Shown: positions 19,001 to 29,000 of the stretch, one piece after another | Position numbering within the stretch: position 1 is the first letter of the stretch | How the letters are laid out: every line of letters begins with the position of its first letter | Virus record (IMG/VR): IMGVR_UViG_3300032321_002024 | Location: 1 to 64,000 of that record | Reading direction: 5' to 3' (one strand) | Length of the DNA: 64,000 nucleotides | Source: a virus | Lineage: Duplodnaviria > Caudoviricetes | Position numbers and translations under genes: made by a program | Notes under the pieces: generated by a model | Databases searched by the model: none | Seen by the model: the letters and a program-made list of their open reading frames with translations, nothing else | What the model was told of the DNA's origin: nothing

Positions 19001-20080
19001 AGATACTCAACTGTTGACCAATATGCTACAACTTATAAGGTTCTTTCTTTGAAAGGATTTAGAATCAGAAATGCTTCTTTACCTGATGGAACTGAAGCTA
19101 GACAAAACTCTGTTTTGAACTTAGTTTCTAAAGGAACTCCTTTATTTAAAGCATTGACTAACAAAGAGGCAATTGACTTTAGATATTTAGTTGACTCATT
19201 TGGTTTAGGTCTTACCGAAAAGAGTAAACAACAATTGGTTGATATCTGTGGTGATAGATTAGACGCATTTGGATTCATTAATATGCCATCTGCGAGAATG
19301 TTTAAAAACTCTTCTTCACCAACATTCGTAAACACAGAGGGTGTTTTACAAATGGAATATGTTTCTAAAGGTGGTGATCCTGAAAGTAATCCAGCATTCC
19401 TTTACTCATTTGCTGATGGAGCAGGAACAACTTGTGTAGGTTATTTCTTCCCTTATGTAAATATTAATGATAATGGTAGACCATTGGATCATCCACCAGC
19501 ACCGTTTGTTGCGACTACTTATATGGCTAAGCATATTTCAAATGTTGGAAATGTTACTCCTTGGACAATCGCAGCGGGTGTTACAAATGGTAGAATAACT
19601 GGAATCAATTCAATTGAACAGGATTTCACACCAACGGATATCGAATATTTGAATCAAGCACAAATTAATCCACTAGTATTCAAAAGAAATAGAGGATTCA
19701 TTATTGAAACTGAGAATACGGCTCAAACGCTTGTTAAGTCAGCTCTTTCTTACATCCACGTAAGAGAGGTTCTAATCGAACTTGAAAGAGAATTATCAAG
19801 AATGTTGTTAGACTTCCAATGGAAATTCAACACATCTGATATCAGATCAGATATTAAATTAAGAGCAGATGTTATCTGTGAAACTTATGTAAGTAAGAAT
19901 GGTTTATACAACTACTTCAATAAAATGGATGAGGAAAACAACACTCCTGAGATTATTGATAACCAAATTGGTGTTCTTGATACATATGTTGAACCGATTA
20001 AAGGTATGGGTATCATCGTAAACAATGTAACAATTCTTAGAACAGGAGCTATCGCAGCTGGTGGATTCATCAACGGATAA
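16070..20080 (+). CDS. Contractile tail sheath protein (T4 gp18-like), enlarged
   Basis: N-terminal KRPGIFLEEFD, GVSRKGPVNTP; C-terminal PWTIAAGVTNG, INPLV, SALSYIHVRE, NNTPEIIDNQ, YVEPIKGM. Confidence 0.92.
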   Translation: MAIQIGKYKRPGIFLEEFDKSVITSPVVEGITNLVIGVSRKGPVNTPIRITTTSELESIFGQLDRGLERKGSFFHRTVSKMVETAPVFAMNLLVTDDTLDVIEYQSLSSSAASSNDIEREGPYRRFFDTTGFWKRDTDSFINLTKNTSGYSERAFNITNLSDRYVSVFIFKSTLTGFDRTLLEWYGSIEKLPSYVNALDYASDYLVDVVIIAGDWSNYQELAVDPRWSNYFSASGLRKAQVRNFADDRNITTLAYYEGLSLIPYFRDLNGRNIFIETTINRDTDRTGVFCAFNNDVVETDYYNGVLDLLGNTIADGGENEINFLSYKETITEDVEIVSTPLDLPGNVTAMLGDLGPSYGSYSYVSQPAHAYGFDLNPANEFSETLLTTGLVENPERTAWFGEGSVYNVDLVSSTPAIVTATTSISVTYGAGPGAYGVIGDTLIPIAATATLVMNAGDYPFSTTLATYSSAFILDTTGEIQVVSSLSVGVNPAVGATDIVLGYIDLGVASQSFVSPLSFSVEDVTVGTSEYIDYDFGTYSTSDYYISEVTAGSGVIKIEFPGTNDTPSVTNYKQWRKFKMFNRLVNLIDGPNKNRMSLVLNPVTYEKYSFENITISNIVQSSLLNKSFNLTTGLTTAQLSDILNGYLVIYTEDNEFILGSEGVQTKSDMADINNNSDSIGVVGKYSTFYTKNYDGQINTKDYFFSNRLFLDASGASASEPNLLNTTVDVLFVDGEEATNGGNTQSWAGYDYIIFRSDVPVWDTEINLATFEQVYFPDSTLNKGSFTIASNEVTAFNGKSPQQIAGLLGYGNGTTLSKYYAYTVAEEVVYESLTDVSRMYDYLVRHYLRMYVDNDGTLYVEFKDSDLATDVDVAALANNTFYIKSEKSNFKQTVEVEIPSGYVQVPNKVLINGERYSEVKVGDFLEAYYDTTLLQTGQYPRKLTRILSKRQYSGDASLTEVTCDSRIATRFSGGQLQTQRYSTVDQYATTYKVLSLKGFRIRNASLPDGTEARQNSVLNLVSKGTPLFKALTNKEAIDFRYLVDSFGLGLTEKSKQQLVDICGDRLDAFGFINMPSARMFKNSSSPTFVNTEGVLQMEYVSKGGDPESNPAFLYSFADGAGTTCVGYFFPYVNINDNGRPLDHPPAPFVATTYMAKHISNVGNVTPWTIAAGVTNGRITGINSIEQDFTPTDIEYLNQAQINPLVFKRNRGFIIETENTAQTLVKSALSYIHVREVLIELERELSRMLLDFQWKFNTSDIRSDIKLRADVICETYVSKNGLYNYFNKMDEENNTPEIIDNQIGVLDTYVEPIKGMGIIVNNVTILRTGAIAAGGFING

Positions 20081-20099
20081 TCTTTAAGAAAAATAATTT

Positions 20100-20134
20100 A
20101 AAACCCTCAACCTTAAAAAGTTGAGGGTTTTTTT
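20100..20134 (+). terminator. Intrinsic terminator after sheath gene
   Basis: AAAACCCTCAAC-loop-GTTGAGGGTTTTTTT. Confidence 0.85.
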
Positions 20135-20218
20135 ATTTAAATAAAACTTTTTAGTGAATTTAGATTATAATAGAGGAGATAATATATGTAATATATAAAA
20201 AAAATAATCTAAAATTAT

Positions 20219-21154
20219 ATGTCAAATAATAAAAATGAAATGTCGGAAGAGGATTACCTAAAAAGACATTTACAAGACTTAGATCAAGGTCAAAAAGAAG
20301 CTTCGGGTGATATTCCTTTTGTGGAGAATCCACAGGTAAATAGAACTAGTGACTTGCAATATTTCAATATGGATATCAGAGAATTGCCTTGTGGTCAGTT
20401 TTATCCTACAGGAACACTATTTATGGTTCGTCCAGCGCAAGTTAGAGAGATTCAATCCTATGCAATGGTTGATGATAACAACTTCTATGATATTGTTGAA
20501 AAAATGAATGATATGCTTCAAGCATGTGTTCGTATTAAATTCCCTGATGGCAAAATAGGTTCTTATTTAGAGATTAAAGACCAAGACAGATTATTTTTAA
20601 TTTTCTTAATCAGAGAGTTGACATTCCAACAAGGAAATGCTTTAGCAGTTACTGTTAAGTGTGGTTGTGGGAATGAGTTGAAAGTTGAATTAGTAAGAAA
20701 TAACTTCCATTTCCATGAAATGGATGAGAAGTTAGAAAAATATTTTAATCTTGCTACAAGAACATTTCAGTTTAAAACTGTAAATGGTAAATTCTTTGAA
20801 CTTTGTCCTCCAAATATAGGTCTACAAAAAGCTTTCACTGATTATATCATTAGAGAAAATCAAGAAAAAAGAACTCCAAACTTGGCCTTTTTGAAAATTA
20901 TTCCTTTCTTAATGCCTGGAAGATCTTCAATTACTATTGATGGTGTTAAGTCAAAAGTAAAAGAGTTTGAAGAAATGGATGATATTTCTTTTCAATTCCT
21001 TAATGCAGCTGTTGGAAAAATGACTATTGGTATTTCTGAATTAAAATCAACTTGTGAGTGCGGTGAGGAGGTCCGCACAGATATGCAATTTCCCAACGGA
21101 GCCTCAGGTATTTTCGTTGTTCCAGATGCCTTTGACGCATATATTAAAGAATAA
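20219..21154 (+). CDS. Baseplate hub assembly protein (T4 gp26/gp51-like)
   Basis: LPCGQFYP, VRP, DRLFLIFLIRELT, CGCG and CECG zinc knuckles; next to sheath and tube genes. Confidence 0.65.
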   Translation: MSNNKNEMSEEDYLKRHLQDLDQGQKEASGDIPFVENPQVNRTSDLQYFNMDIRELPCGQFYPTGTLFMVRPAQVREIQSYAMVDDNNFYDIVEKMNDMLQACVRIKFPDGKIGSYLEIKDQDRLFLIFLIRELTFQQGNALAVTVKCGCGNELKVELVRNNFHFHEMDEKLEKYFNLATRTFQFKTVNGKFFELCPPNIGLQKAFTDYIIRENQEKRTPNLAFLKIIPFLMPGRSSITIDGVKSKVKEFEEMDDISFQFLNAAVGKMTIGISELKSTCECGEEVRTDMQFPNGASGIFVVPDAFDAYIKE

Positions 21155-21380
21155 GTTGTTACTTCAAAAACACTGGAGATTACAAGAATCTGCAATTGAT
21201 AGTTGGCCATTTTGGTTATTGGAAGAAAACATCAAACTTGTTAATGAACTTAGTGAAGAAGAGGATTCTTCTCGTAAGAAACAGGAAGGTGAACAATCTA
21301 AAGGAATGCCAAATTATGACGGTATGATGAGAAATATGAGTTCTCCTAACTTTGGAAACTTTAGTATGCCAAGCTTCTAA
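21126..21380 (+). CDS. Small baseplate/tail assembly protein overlapping the end of the hub gene
   Basis: LLLQKHWRLQESAIDSWPFW resembles the small ORF that follows gp26-like genes in T4-like phages; likely ATG at 21126. Confidence 0.55.
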   Translation: MPLTHILKNKLLLQKHWRLQESAIDSWPFWLLEENIKLVNELSEEEDSSRKKQEGEQSKGMPNYDGMMRNMSSPNFGNFSMPSF

Positions 21381-21399
21381 TTACAAACATTATAAAACA

Positions 21400-21429
21400 A
21401 AAAAACCCATCAAATTTGATGGGTTTTTT
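21400..21429. terminator. Bidirectional intrinsic terminator
   Basis: AAAAAACCCATCAAATTTGATGGGTTTTTT between convergent genes; near-identical to the 6311-6341 hairpin. Confidence 0.85.
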
Positions 21430-21445
21430 ATTTGTATTAATTTTA

Positions 21446-22066
21446 TTAATATCCAGAAACCAATGGTGGCTCGATTCTGAAGTTTTGATCGATATATTCG
21501 TCGATAAAGTAGTCAGCTACGAAGTCTAATGCAACGTTTTCTTGAATGTTATTGGATGACCAGTCAAGTGAGAATCCACTAATTTTCTTTAATTGAACGT
21601 TTTGGAAAGTTACTCTTCTTAAAACCACACCTTTTTTATCGTGTTGGTTAACAATAACTGTTCCGATGATGTCAGATTTATAGTGAAGTGCACCATTTTG
21701 AGAGTTAAATACTAAATCATACCACGCTTTCATTGTATTCCAAGTTTCCATAGAACCAGCTTGATTCACGTTTACTTGTAATGGAATAGAAAATGCCACA
21801 TCCGTTTTAGTTGGAGGTGCCATAAATAATCTTGTAGAGTATTTAAATCTCTGAGTTTTTTCTGCAACGTCGAATTCAGTTAAGTTTAAGTCGATTTTAG
21901 TTGCGTTTTGAAGCAATAAGATAGGATCTCTTCCCTGTGCTTGTAAGATAACTGGTAAGATAAAAGTTATCTCAAACAAGTTAAGATATACTACTTCATC
22001 TGGTAGAGTTCCTGGTCCACCCGGTGAGCCTGCATTTGTTACTTGTGTAAAATGTGGTAATGCCAT
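21446..22066 (-). CDS. Tail tube protein (T4 gp19-like)
   Basis: NLFEITF, MKAWYDLVFN...YKSDIIGTVIVNQHDKKGVVLRRVTF...LDWSS...FVADY. Confidence 0.8.
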   Translation of the reverse strand: MALPHFTQVTNAGSPGGPGTLPDEVVYLNLFEITFILPVILQAQGRDPILLLQNATKIDLNLTEFDVAEKTQRFKYSTRLFMAPPTKTDVAFSIPLQVNVNQAGSMETWNTMKAWYDLVFNSQNGALHYKSDIIGTVIVNQHDKKGVVLRRVTFQNVQLKKISGFSLDWSSNNIQENVALDFVADYFIDEYIDQNFRIEPPLVSGY

Positions 22067-22188
22067 ACTTTTTAATTATTTTTTGTACTTTTCTTTATAT
22101 ATTTTTCATGTTTTTATCTCTAAGTCGTTTTCCTTCAAATATGTTGTGAATTTTGCCTTTTCCACTTTTTAGATTTAATAGATAATCA

Positions 22189-22539
22189 ATGAACTGTAAT
22201 TATAGATATTGTGGTAAGGAAATAAAATATGGTAGACCAGATAGAAAGTTCTGTAATAAAAATTGTAAATCAAAAGAACGAGCGATTGAGAAAGAGTTTA
22301 ACGCTTTAAATAGAAAAAATAAAAAAAGTAAAGATTTTATACTTAGATCTAGAATTAAACACAATAATAAGTATAATTATGATTTAGTTCTTTATGAAAA
22401 TTGCAGAACTAAAGTCAAAATAATATGTCCAGTTCATGGAGTTTTTGAACAAACACCAGACGCTCATTTGTATTCTGGTAGTGGTTGTGAAAAATGCGCT
22501 AGAGAAGCTAGAAGAAAATCTGAAAAAAACGAAGAGTAA
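22189..22539 (+). CDS. Zinc-binding protein with a DUF723-like repeat; probable homing-endonuclease remnant lacking a nuclease domain
   Basis: CNYRYC...KFCNKNC, then HNNKYNYDLVLY...KVKIICPVHGVFEQTPDAH...GCEKC. Confidence 0.6.
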   Translation: MNCNYRYCGKEIKYGRPDRKFCNKNCKSKERAIEKEFNALNRKNKKSKDFILRSRIKHNNKYNYDLVLYENCRTKVKIICPVHGVFEQTPDAHLYSGSGCEKCAREARRKSEKNEE

Positions 22540-22591
22540 AACTATTTGTTTTTTTAGACTATAAATACTAAGTAAAAAAGTATATTATAAT

Positions 22592-23719
22592 ATGGCAAAG
22601 ATTTATCTAATAGGTGATACACATATTGGTTTAGGTTATCCTAATTCAGTTGATAAGTGGTATAAAGTTCATAGAGAATACTTTGAAGATTTTCTTATTC
22701 CAACTTTAAAAAAAAGAATTCAACCCGGAGATATCATAGTTCATTTAGGTGACCTTTTCGATAACAGAAACGTTATTCCTATTAATCTTCTTAATTATGG
22801 AATGGATGTTGTTGAAGAACTATCTAAAATAGCTCCTACTCATATCATTATTGGAAATCACGACTTGTGGTCTAAATCAGCTTCTGAAATTAACTCAATT
22901 AGACCTTTTAGATATATTCCTAATGTTTCAATTTATGACAAAGTTACTAAAATTGAATGGAATGGTAAGAAGATTCTAATGATGCCTTATATTGAAAAGA
23001 GAATTGAACAAATAAAAAGCATTGATGAAAATAGAGATTGTGACTATTTATTCTGTCACTCTGATTTGAATGGTTGTAGAATGCACCTTACTTCAGTTGC
23101 TCATAAAAACTCTGATAAAATTGATATTGAAAACTTCTCAGCATTTAAAGGAGTTTATTCAGGTCATATTCACTTAGTTCAAACTAATAAAAACTTTACT
23201 TTTGTTGGTTCTGTTTTTCAAATGGATAGAAATGACTATGGTGATCAAAAAGGAATTTTTGTTATAAATGTTGATGATGAAACTGAAGAGTTTATTCCTA
23301 ATAATGTATCTCCAGTATTTAAGAAAGTAAGAGTTATCGATGAAGATGGTGTTCAAACACTTGAGAACTTAAAAGATTCCAAAGACTATATTGATATTGC
23401 TATATCTAATAACCTACTTATCTCTAATAGAAAGTTAAGAAGAAAATTGGAAATTATATTAGAAAAGAGTAATTTTGCTTCTGTTGAGTATATTGACGAC
23501 ATCACTAAAGAATTACAAGATGATGATGAGTTGAATGAGTCAATTGAAATCGATGAAGAAACTATGGATATTTCCATTTCTTTAGATTATGAGGACTATG
23601 TTAAAGAGTATATTCTAAAACAAAAATACGACAACGAAAAATTCAAATCCGGAGTTATTTCAGAATTTGATGAGATAATTAAGATTTATAAAGATAATTA
23701 TAACGCACAAAACGATTAA
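22592..23719 (+). CDS. Recombination endonuclease subunit (T4 gp47 / Mre11-SbcD metallophosphoesterase)
   Basis: GDTHIG, HLGDLFDNR, IIGNHD, FCH, SGHIH motifs. Confidence 0.9.
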   Translation: MAKIYLIGDTHIGLGYPNSVDKWYKVHREYFEDFLIPTLKKRIQPGDIIVHLGDLFDNRNVIPINLLNYGMDVVEELSKIAPTHIIIGNHDLWSKSASEINSIRPFRYIPNVSIYDKVTKIEWNGKKILMMPYIEKRIEQIKSIDENRDCDYLFCHSDLNGCRMHLTSVAHKNSDKIDIENFSAFKGVYSGHIHLVQTNKNFTFVGSVFQMDRNDYGDQKGIFVINVDDETEEFIPNNVSPVFKKVRVIDEDGVQTLENLKDSKDYIDIAISNNLLISNRKLRRKLEIILEKSNFASVEYIDDITKELQDDDELNESIEIDEETMDISISLDYEDYVKEYILKQKYDNEKFKSGVISEFDEIIKIYKDNYNAQND

Positions 23720-23720
23720 A

Positions 23721-23909
23721 ATGAACCCTATTGAAGTTTATGATAGATGTTTATCTGGAAAACCTTATTCTAAGGAACTTAAAATATATTCAAGAAGATA
23801 TTTGCGGCGAGTAGTTGAAAAACTTGCAGAGATTGATGAATTTGAAAAATGTATTGAATTAAATAAATTTATTGAAAATAGATTTAATTTACCAGTTTTG
23901 TTAGATTGA
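23721..23909 (+). CDS. Small protein with UVR-like EFEKC motif
   Basis: LAEIDEFEKCIEL. Confidence 0.5.
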   Translation: MNPIEVYDRCLSGKPYSKELKIYSRRYLRRVVEKLAEIDEFEKCIELNKFIENRFNLPVLLD

Positions 23910-24150
23910 TTTTTAAATCACCTGTTCCTTTTATTAGCCTATGGTAAGCACCCATTGGTATAAACACTTCACCTTCTATTACTTTTGGTAATTCATTATC
24001 AATTTGAATTAGCCAATCTGTTTCACCAATAGATTCGATTATTCTATCTTCTCTATCACGGTGCCAAACCATCTCTCCAGAATCAGTATCTTGTTTGAAT
24101 TCTCTGATAAATTCATTATCACTTAATTTAGTTTCTTGAAATGGTAACAT
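23884..24150 (-). CDS. Small cupin-fold protein
   Basis: WHRDREDR...FIPMGAYHRLIKG cupin motifs. Confidence 0.7.
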   Translation of the reverse strand: MLPFQETKLSDNEFIREFKQDTDSGEMVWHRDREDRIIESIGETDWLIQIDNELPKVIEGEVFIPMGAYHRLIKGTGDLKINLTKLVN

Positions 24151-24542
24151 TAACTTACTATCTGTTTATATCTTTCTTTGAATTTATCAATTTTACCCAA
24201 CCAATTATCTTTAACATCACATTCTTCTACATAGTTTTTGACTCTTGGTTCAATATATAATAAAAGTTCTCTTATTTGTCCCATCAGTGCTGATAACAAC
24301 TTAGGATTATTGTATAATAAACTAATATCATCAATTATTTGAGTATAGGTTTTTCCATTTATAAGAGGTTCTCTAAGTCTTTTCATCATATCAGTTAATT
24401 CATTAGTTGATTTTTGATTAACTCCTCTTTTAGTTATTTGTGAGAAGCCCATCGTTATTAACATGCCAAAATCAAGCAGAAAGTCAGTGATGAATTTTTT
24501 GTTAGCCGATTCAAATATTTGATATGTTTTTAAATGTTTCAT
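24150..24542 (-). CDS. Hypothetical protein with capsid-targeting-like N-terminus
   Basis: MKHLKTYQIFES. Confidence 0.7.
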   Translation of the reverse strand: MKHLKTYQIFESANKKFITDFLLDFGMLITMGFSQITKRGVNQKSTNELTDMMKRLREPLINGKTYTQIIDDISLLYNNPKLLSALMGQIRELLLYIEPRVKNYVEECDVKDNWLGKIDKFKERYKQIVS

Positions 24543-24556
24543 AGTTATATAATTTT

Positions 24557-25567
24557 TTACCAGAATCCCGGATAAGTTTTGCCTCCAAACAAATGACCGT
24601 ATTTGTTTAGTCTACAAGCCCAGTAACCTGCTTTAGTTTTATCTTTTTTAGTTGAACATTTATGTCTTGAAGCGAAATTCTTTCTAGCTTCTGGATCACT
24701 AACTTTAGCAGTTAAACCTCCTTTAACATCTCCAAAATTCACACGAATTGTTTTTTTAGTCTTAGGATTCTTAACATATACATAGTATTTCTTACCTGAT
24801 TTTGTATTTCTCATTGGATGATTTAATTCAACTTCTTTACCTTTGTATTCTGCTTCTTGTATAGATTCAATGTTTTCCATTGGTAAATCTAAAGGAACCA
24901 GTTCACCATTGAAATATCCAAATTTTCCAATTTCAGTTGATTCATAAATTTCTTTGTCAATATCACATAACTTAACTCTTCCTAAATCAAATAATTTACG
25001 AGCTTCTTTAATAACATCATAAAAAGATTCAGAACCTGGTCTAAATATATTTTCAGTAATAGGTTTATTATTATCTAAATGGTATTTAAGATTTTCTGAA
25101 AAAAGAGAATTGATAAAATCAGAAGCTCTTTGTATATTCTCATCAGGCGAACATTTGCAATTTTCACATCCACATTCGCAATCTTGTTCTCCAGAACAGT
25201 TACCACAACATCCACATCCTGACATTTCGCTTTCTTGGTAATCGCTATCAATCTCATCTTCTAAAAAATCAACACCTCTGAGTTCTATACTTGATTTTTT
25301 ATCAACTTCGTATTCATCGGTTGGTCTACCAAAGTCATCTAAGATTCCTAAATCGTCATCGTCATTTGTTATACTTATTGTAATAAAGGATTCAAATTTT
25401 TCAATCTTATCTAATTCTTTTTTGAATTCTTTCTCGACTTTTTCTTGGTCATCTACTGATGTTTTAAAAGATGGTTTTTCTTCTTTATCTTTTTCTAAAG
25501 ATTTAGCACTGAAAAGAATATCTTTTCCTTCTTCTTTCTTCTTATCGTTAAATTTTTTAACCTTCAT
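24557..25567 (-). CDS. Modular virion-associated protein: Cys-rich cluster plus C-terminal DUF6321-like domain
   Basis: MKVKKFND; GCGCCGNCSGEQDCECGCENCKCS; KYYVYVKNPK...VNFGD...RKNFASRHKC...AGYWAC. Confidence 0.65.
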   Translation of the reverse strand: MKVKKFNDKKKEEGKDILFSAKSLEKDKEEKPSFKTSVDDQEKVEKEFKKELDKIEKFESFITISITNDDDDLGILDDFGRPTDEYEVDKKSSIELRGVDFLEDEIDSDYQESEMSGCGCCGNCSGEQDCECGCENCKCSPDENIQRASDFINSLFSENLKYHLDNNKPITENIFRPGSESFYDVIKEARKLFDLGRVKLCDIDKEIYESTEIGKFGYFNGELVPLDLPMENIESIQEAEYKGKEVELNHPMRNTKSGKKYYVYVKNPKTKKTIRVNFGDVKGGLTAKVSDPEARKNFASRHKCSTKKDKTKAGYWACRLNKYGHLFGGKTYPGFW

Positions 25568-25582
25568 ATATTTAGTTATTTT

Positions 25583-25945
25583 TTAGTTACTTAGTTTTTT
25601 AACTATTAAAGCACATTTTTCATATTCTTCATTTGATTCAAGCTCTTTTAAATAGTCTTTTAATTGTTGTCTACTTGATAATTCAAGTCTTAATTTAAAT
25701 CTCACCTCTTCTAGTTCTTTCATGTTTTTAGTAGATGTGTCAATTATCTTATTTATAATATATTTATCAGCTTTTTTAGAATAAAGAAAATCATCCCAAG
25801 TATAAATACCGTTTTCATTTAGAAAATCTAATATTTCCGCAACACATGAGTCAATTTGTGACTTTTGTGGTTGTTTTCCTTTTTTAAAAATCTTTCTGAA
25901 GAATTCTTCATTTAGAAAATCATCATAATTGTTAATTTTACCCAT
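25583..25945 (-). CDS. Hypothetical protein with capsid-targeting-like N-terminus and C-terminal UVR-like motif
   Basis: MGKINNYDDFLNEE...ESNEEYEKCALIVKKL. Confidence 0.65.
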   Translation of the reverse strand: MGKINNYDDFLNEEFFRKIFKKGKQPQKSQIDSCVAEILDFLNENGIYTWDDFLYSKKADKYIINKIIDTSTKNMKELEEVRFKLRLELSSRQQLKDYLKELESNEEYEKCALIVKKLSN

Positions 25946-26013
25946 ATCTTATATATTATTTTCTTTGATTGAGAAATGTAAAATTAATATATACTCAAAA
26001 GTCATATTAATAG

Positions 26014-29000
26014 ATGTCAAATCACAAAAAACTGTTCTTCTTCAACAAAGAGGGTGATTATTTAAATTTTAAATACAATGAAACCACTGATCGTTTTGAA
26101 GGTGATATACTGTTTCACAAAAATTCTACAGATACTTACAAAACAGCAGCTGTCTATACCTTAGAAAATATACCTTCTTTTGAATATGAGTTACCTGGTG
26201 AATTGACCACTAAAAAATTTCAACTATTTAATGAAAAGGGATTTCATTTTTATGGTTCTAAGACTTTAGTTGAAGAAAGAGTAAGTAAAATAGAGCCAGT
26301 AAACAATGATCCTGCTTTCTATACTAAGTGGATTTATGGTGATGGGTTTGAAACAAAGTTTCCAATTGGAACTTTAATTAAGTTTGATACTACATTTTTG
26401 GAGTTTAATAATACAAATCAGGTTTATACTGTGATTTCAACTGGTGGTAGTAAAATAATGGTAGTTTCCATGATGGATAATGCTACTTTTGAGGCTCAAT
26501 ATCAATCCACTTATATAGAACCTGAAAATTATATTGATATTACTATTTCTGGTGTTAATGCTTTTGGTGTTTATGATTACAGAGATTCTAATTATATACC
26601 AAAACTTTCATTATGGAACGAAAGAGAATTTTTTGATGAATATTACTATGGTAGAAAATTAAATATAGTGGGTAGTGATAAAAATGATGGAATCATAACA
26701 GTCACAAGTTCAAATTTTAATGATCTAACACATTTTGAATATTCTTTAGATAGAAATGATCTACCTTTGGATACAAATTTGATAATGGAGGTTCTTACAA
26801 GAACTGACGTTCCTTTGGTTTATCAGGGTGGTATGACACTTAATGGTAACAGAATAGAAATCAAAGAACTTCTAAGATATCCACAGGGTTTAAAACCGGG
26901 AACTGAATTTAGAATTGTCGCGAGTCAATCATCAGCTACAAATTTCTACAAAGTGGCTGCTATACAAGAATTTAGAGAGATTACTTCAACTACTGCTTTT
27001 AATGTAGAAGATCAGGTTATTTGGAATGGTAAGATATACCAATGTGTAGTCGCTTATACTCAAAGTATAAGTAATTTAGCAACATCTAATATAATACCTG
27101 AAAATACTGATTATTGGGCAAACCCTACTTATGTTGGTGTTGAGAATAACTTTGCATTTGAAGATTTTTTAAGCGCTCAATTATTTTTAACATCTGATAG
27201 ATACTATTATACTTATGGTTGGACTTATTCAGCTGAAACAACTCTAGCTTCATTTGCTCAAAAGTTCAAATCAAGTTTAGAAATATTTAATATTGATCTT
27301 TATTACTCTAATAAAAAGTTAAGGGCTGATTTAAAATATCCATCTAAATACGCAGTAGTTAATTTTTATCATACTGATATTGGACCAACCTACTCTATAG
27401 GTGGTGTAGATCAAACAGTGGAAAGAATAGTTGGAGTCACGGAAAAATTAAATCAAGAACTAAATTATAACTATTCAGAAAATAAAAAATATGTTATCGT
27501 ATTTACTGATATAGATGACTTTGGTTTTAAAGTGGTTATTAATAATCAGGTATATGATGAAGAGGCTGTATTGGTTTATTCTGGATCTTACATAGATATG
27601 GAAAGAAGTATTGATAAGACTCTAAGAAATTGGTTGAAAAGATGGTATATAGATTTGATGGCTTTAGGTGTATTGGTTGAATTAAAATATACCGGATCTT
27701 TTACATCAGTTTTTTATAATTCGATAGTTATTAAGTCTCAATATCCAAATGTTGATGTTCAAGTAAATGATATTTTAGTTGGAACTACCGCTTTTTATTT
27801 TTTAGAACATTCTAAAGTTCTTTTCACAAATATAGGAACGTATTTAAACATCAATATTGATGGTGATGACTATGGATTGACTGTTTCTACAGTTGGTGCT
27901 ACTCCTTCTGTTTCACAAGCCTTGTTAGATTGGGAAACTTTATATTCAGATACTGTATCTGATTTACACTCGGTTCAAGTAAAAGCTTATAATACTATAC
28001 TTAAATTTGACCTTTTAGATCCAGGTCCGAGATTGTCGGCCGCTGGACTTAATTTAGATTATACTATAACGACTGGTAAAGTATCTTTACCTGGTCTTCC
28101 TGATTATACAATTCAAGAAAATCTAACAGGAAATCCTGGTGTTTTAGTGGCTTCAAATGAGATAAAACTACCCGCGTCATCTACTTTTAGTTTTGAAGAC
28201 GCTGGTTTTGCCACAGGTATGGCCCTTACGATTAACAATACTTTTTATACTTATGTTAATCAAGACTTTGTTATATTAAATCTCGATCCGAAATCTTTGA
28301 ATTTGAGTTACCAAGGTCCATTCTGGGGATTAACTGCTAATCCTTGTTTAGTGTCACCGTTTCAAATTACTGGTTATGATTCTGGTTTTAGTCAATCAAG
28401 TTGTATAGTTCCAATTACACCAACATCAAGTGTAATGGGTCCATTTTATCCACCAATGTTTGATCCGAGTTTTAGTATTTTCATTAGCACATTTAACGTT
28501 TATACAACTAATTACTATCAGGGATATCCTGGTATAGTTGATATTGAGTATTTAGAGTTAAGTAATTCAATATATGCTTTTGGTGATTATTTAGTTTCAG
28601 TGGATGCTTATTTCGGAACATTAAATGCTACGGTATCTCTTCCTGGTAACACTCAAAGTATTGAAATGGAGTTCAATACCACAAACAATTATTTATATCT
28701 CTTATCTAAGAAAAAGATGTTTGTGGTTGATCCTACTAGTAACTCATTAATTTCCAACATAACATTTCCTAGTTTGTCTTATAACGCTTTTGATATGGAG
28801 ATTAACCCAGTTAATGGTGATGTTTATGTTTCTTATGATAATGTCGCTAGAGTTGATATTTGGGAGTTTGATAATTTAACGTCTTCTCCTTCTGTTACTT
28901 TAAATACTTCTACCTCCAACTTCCCACCTTTGGCTACAAGAACTGGAGCAATGGTTTTCAATGATTTTGAAGGTGATATGTATGTCACAACTCAAGGTAA

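Noticed and set aside
22189-22539. Active homing endonuclease
   Set aside because: Only zinc-binding/DUF723-like repeats; no HNH, GIY-YIG or PD-(D/E)xK catalytic domain visible.
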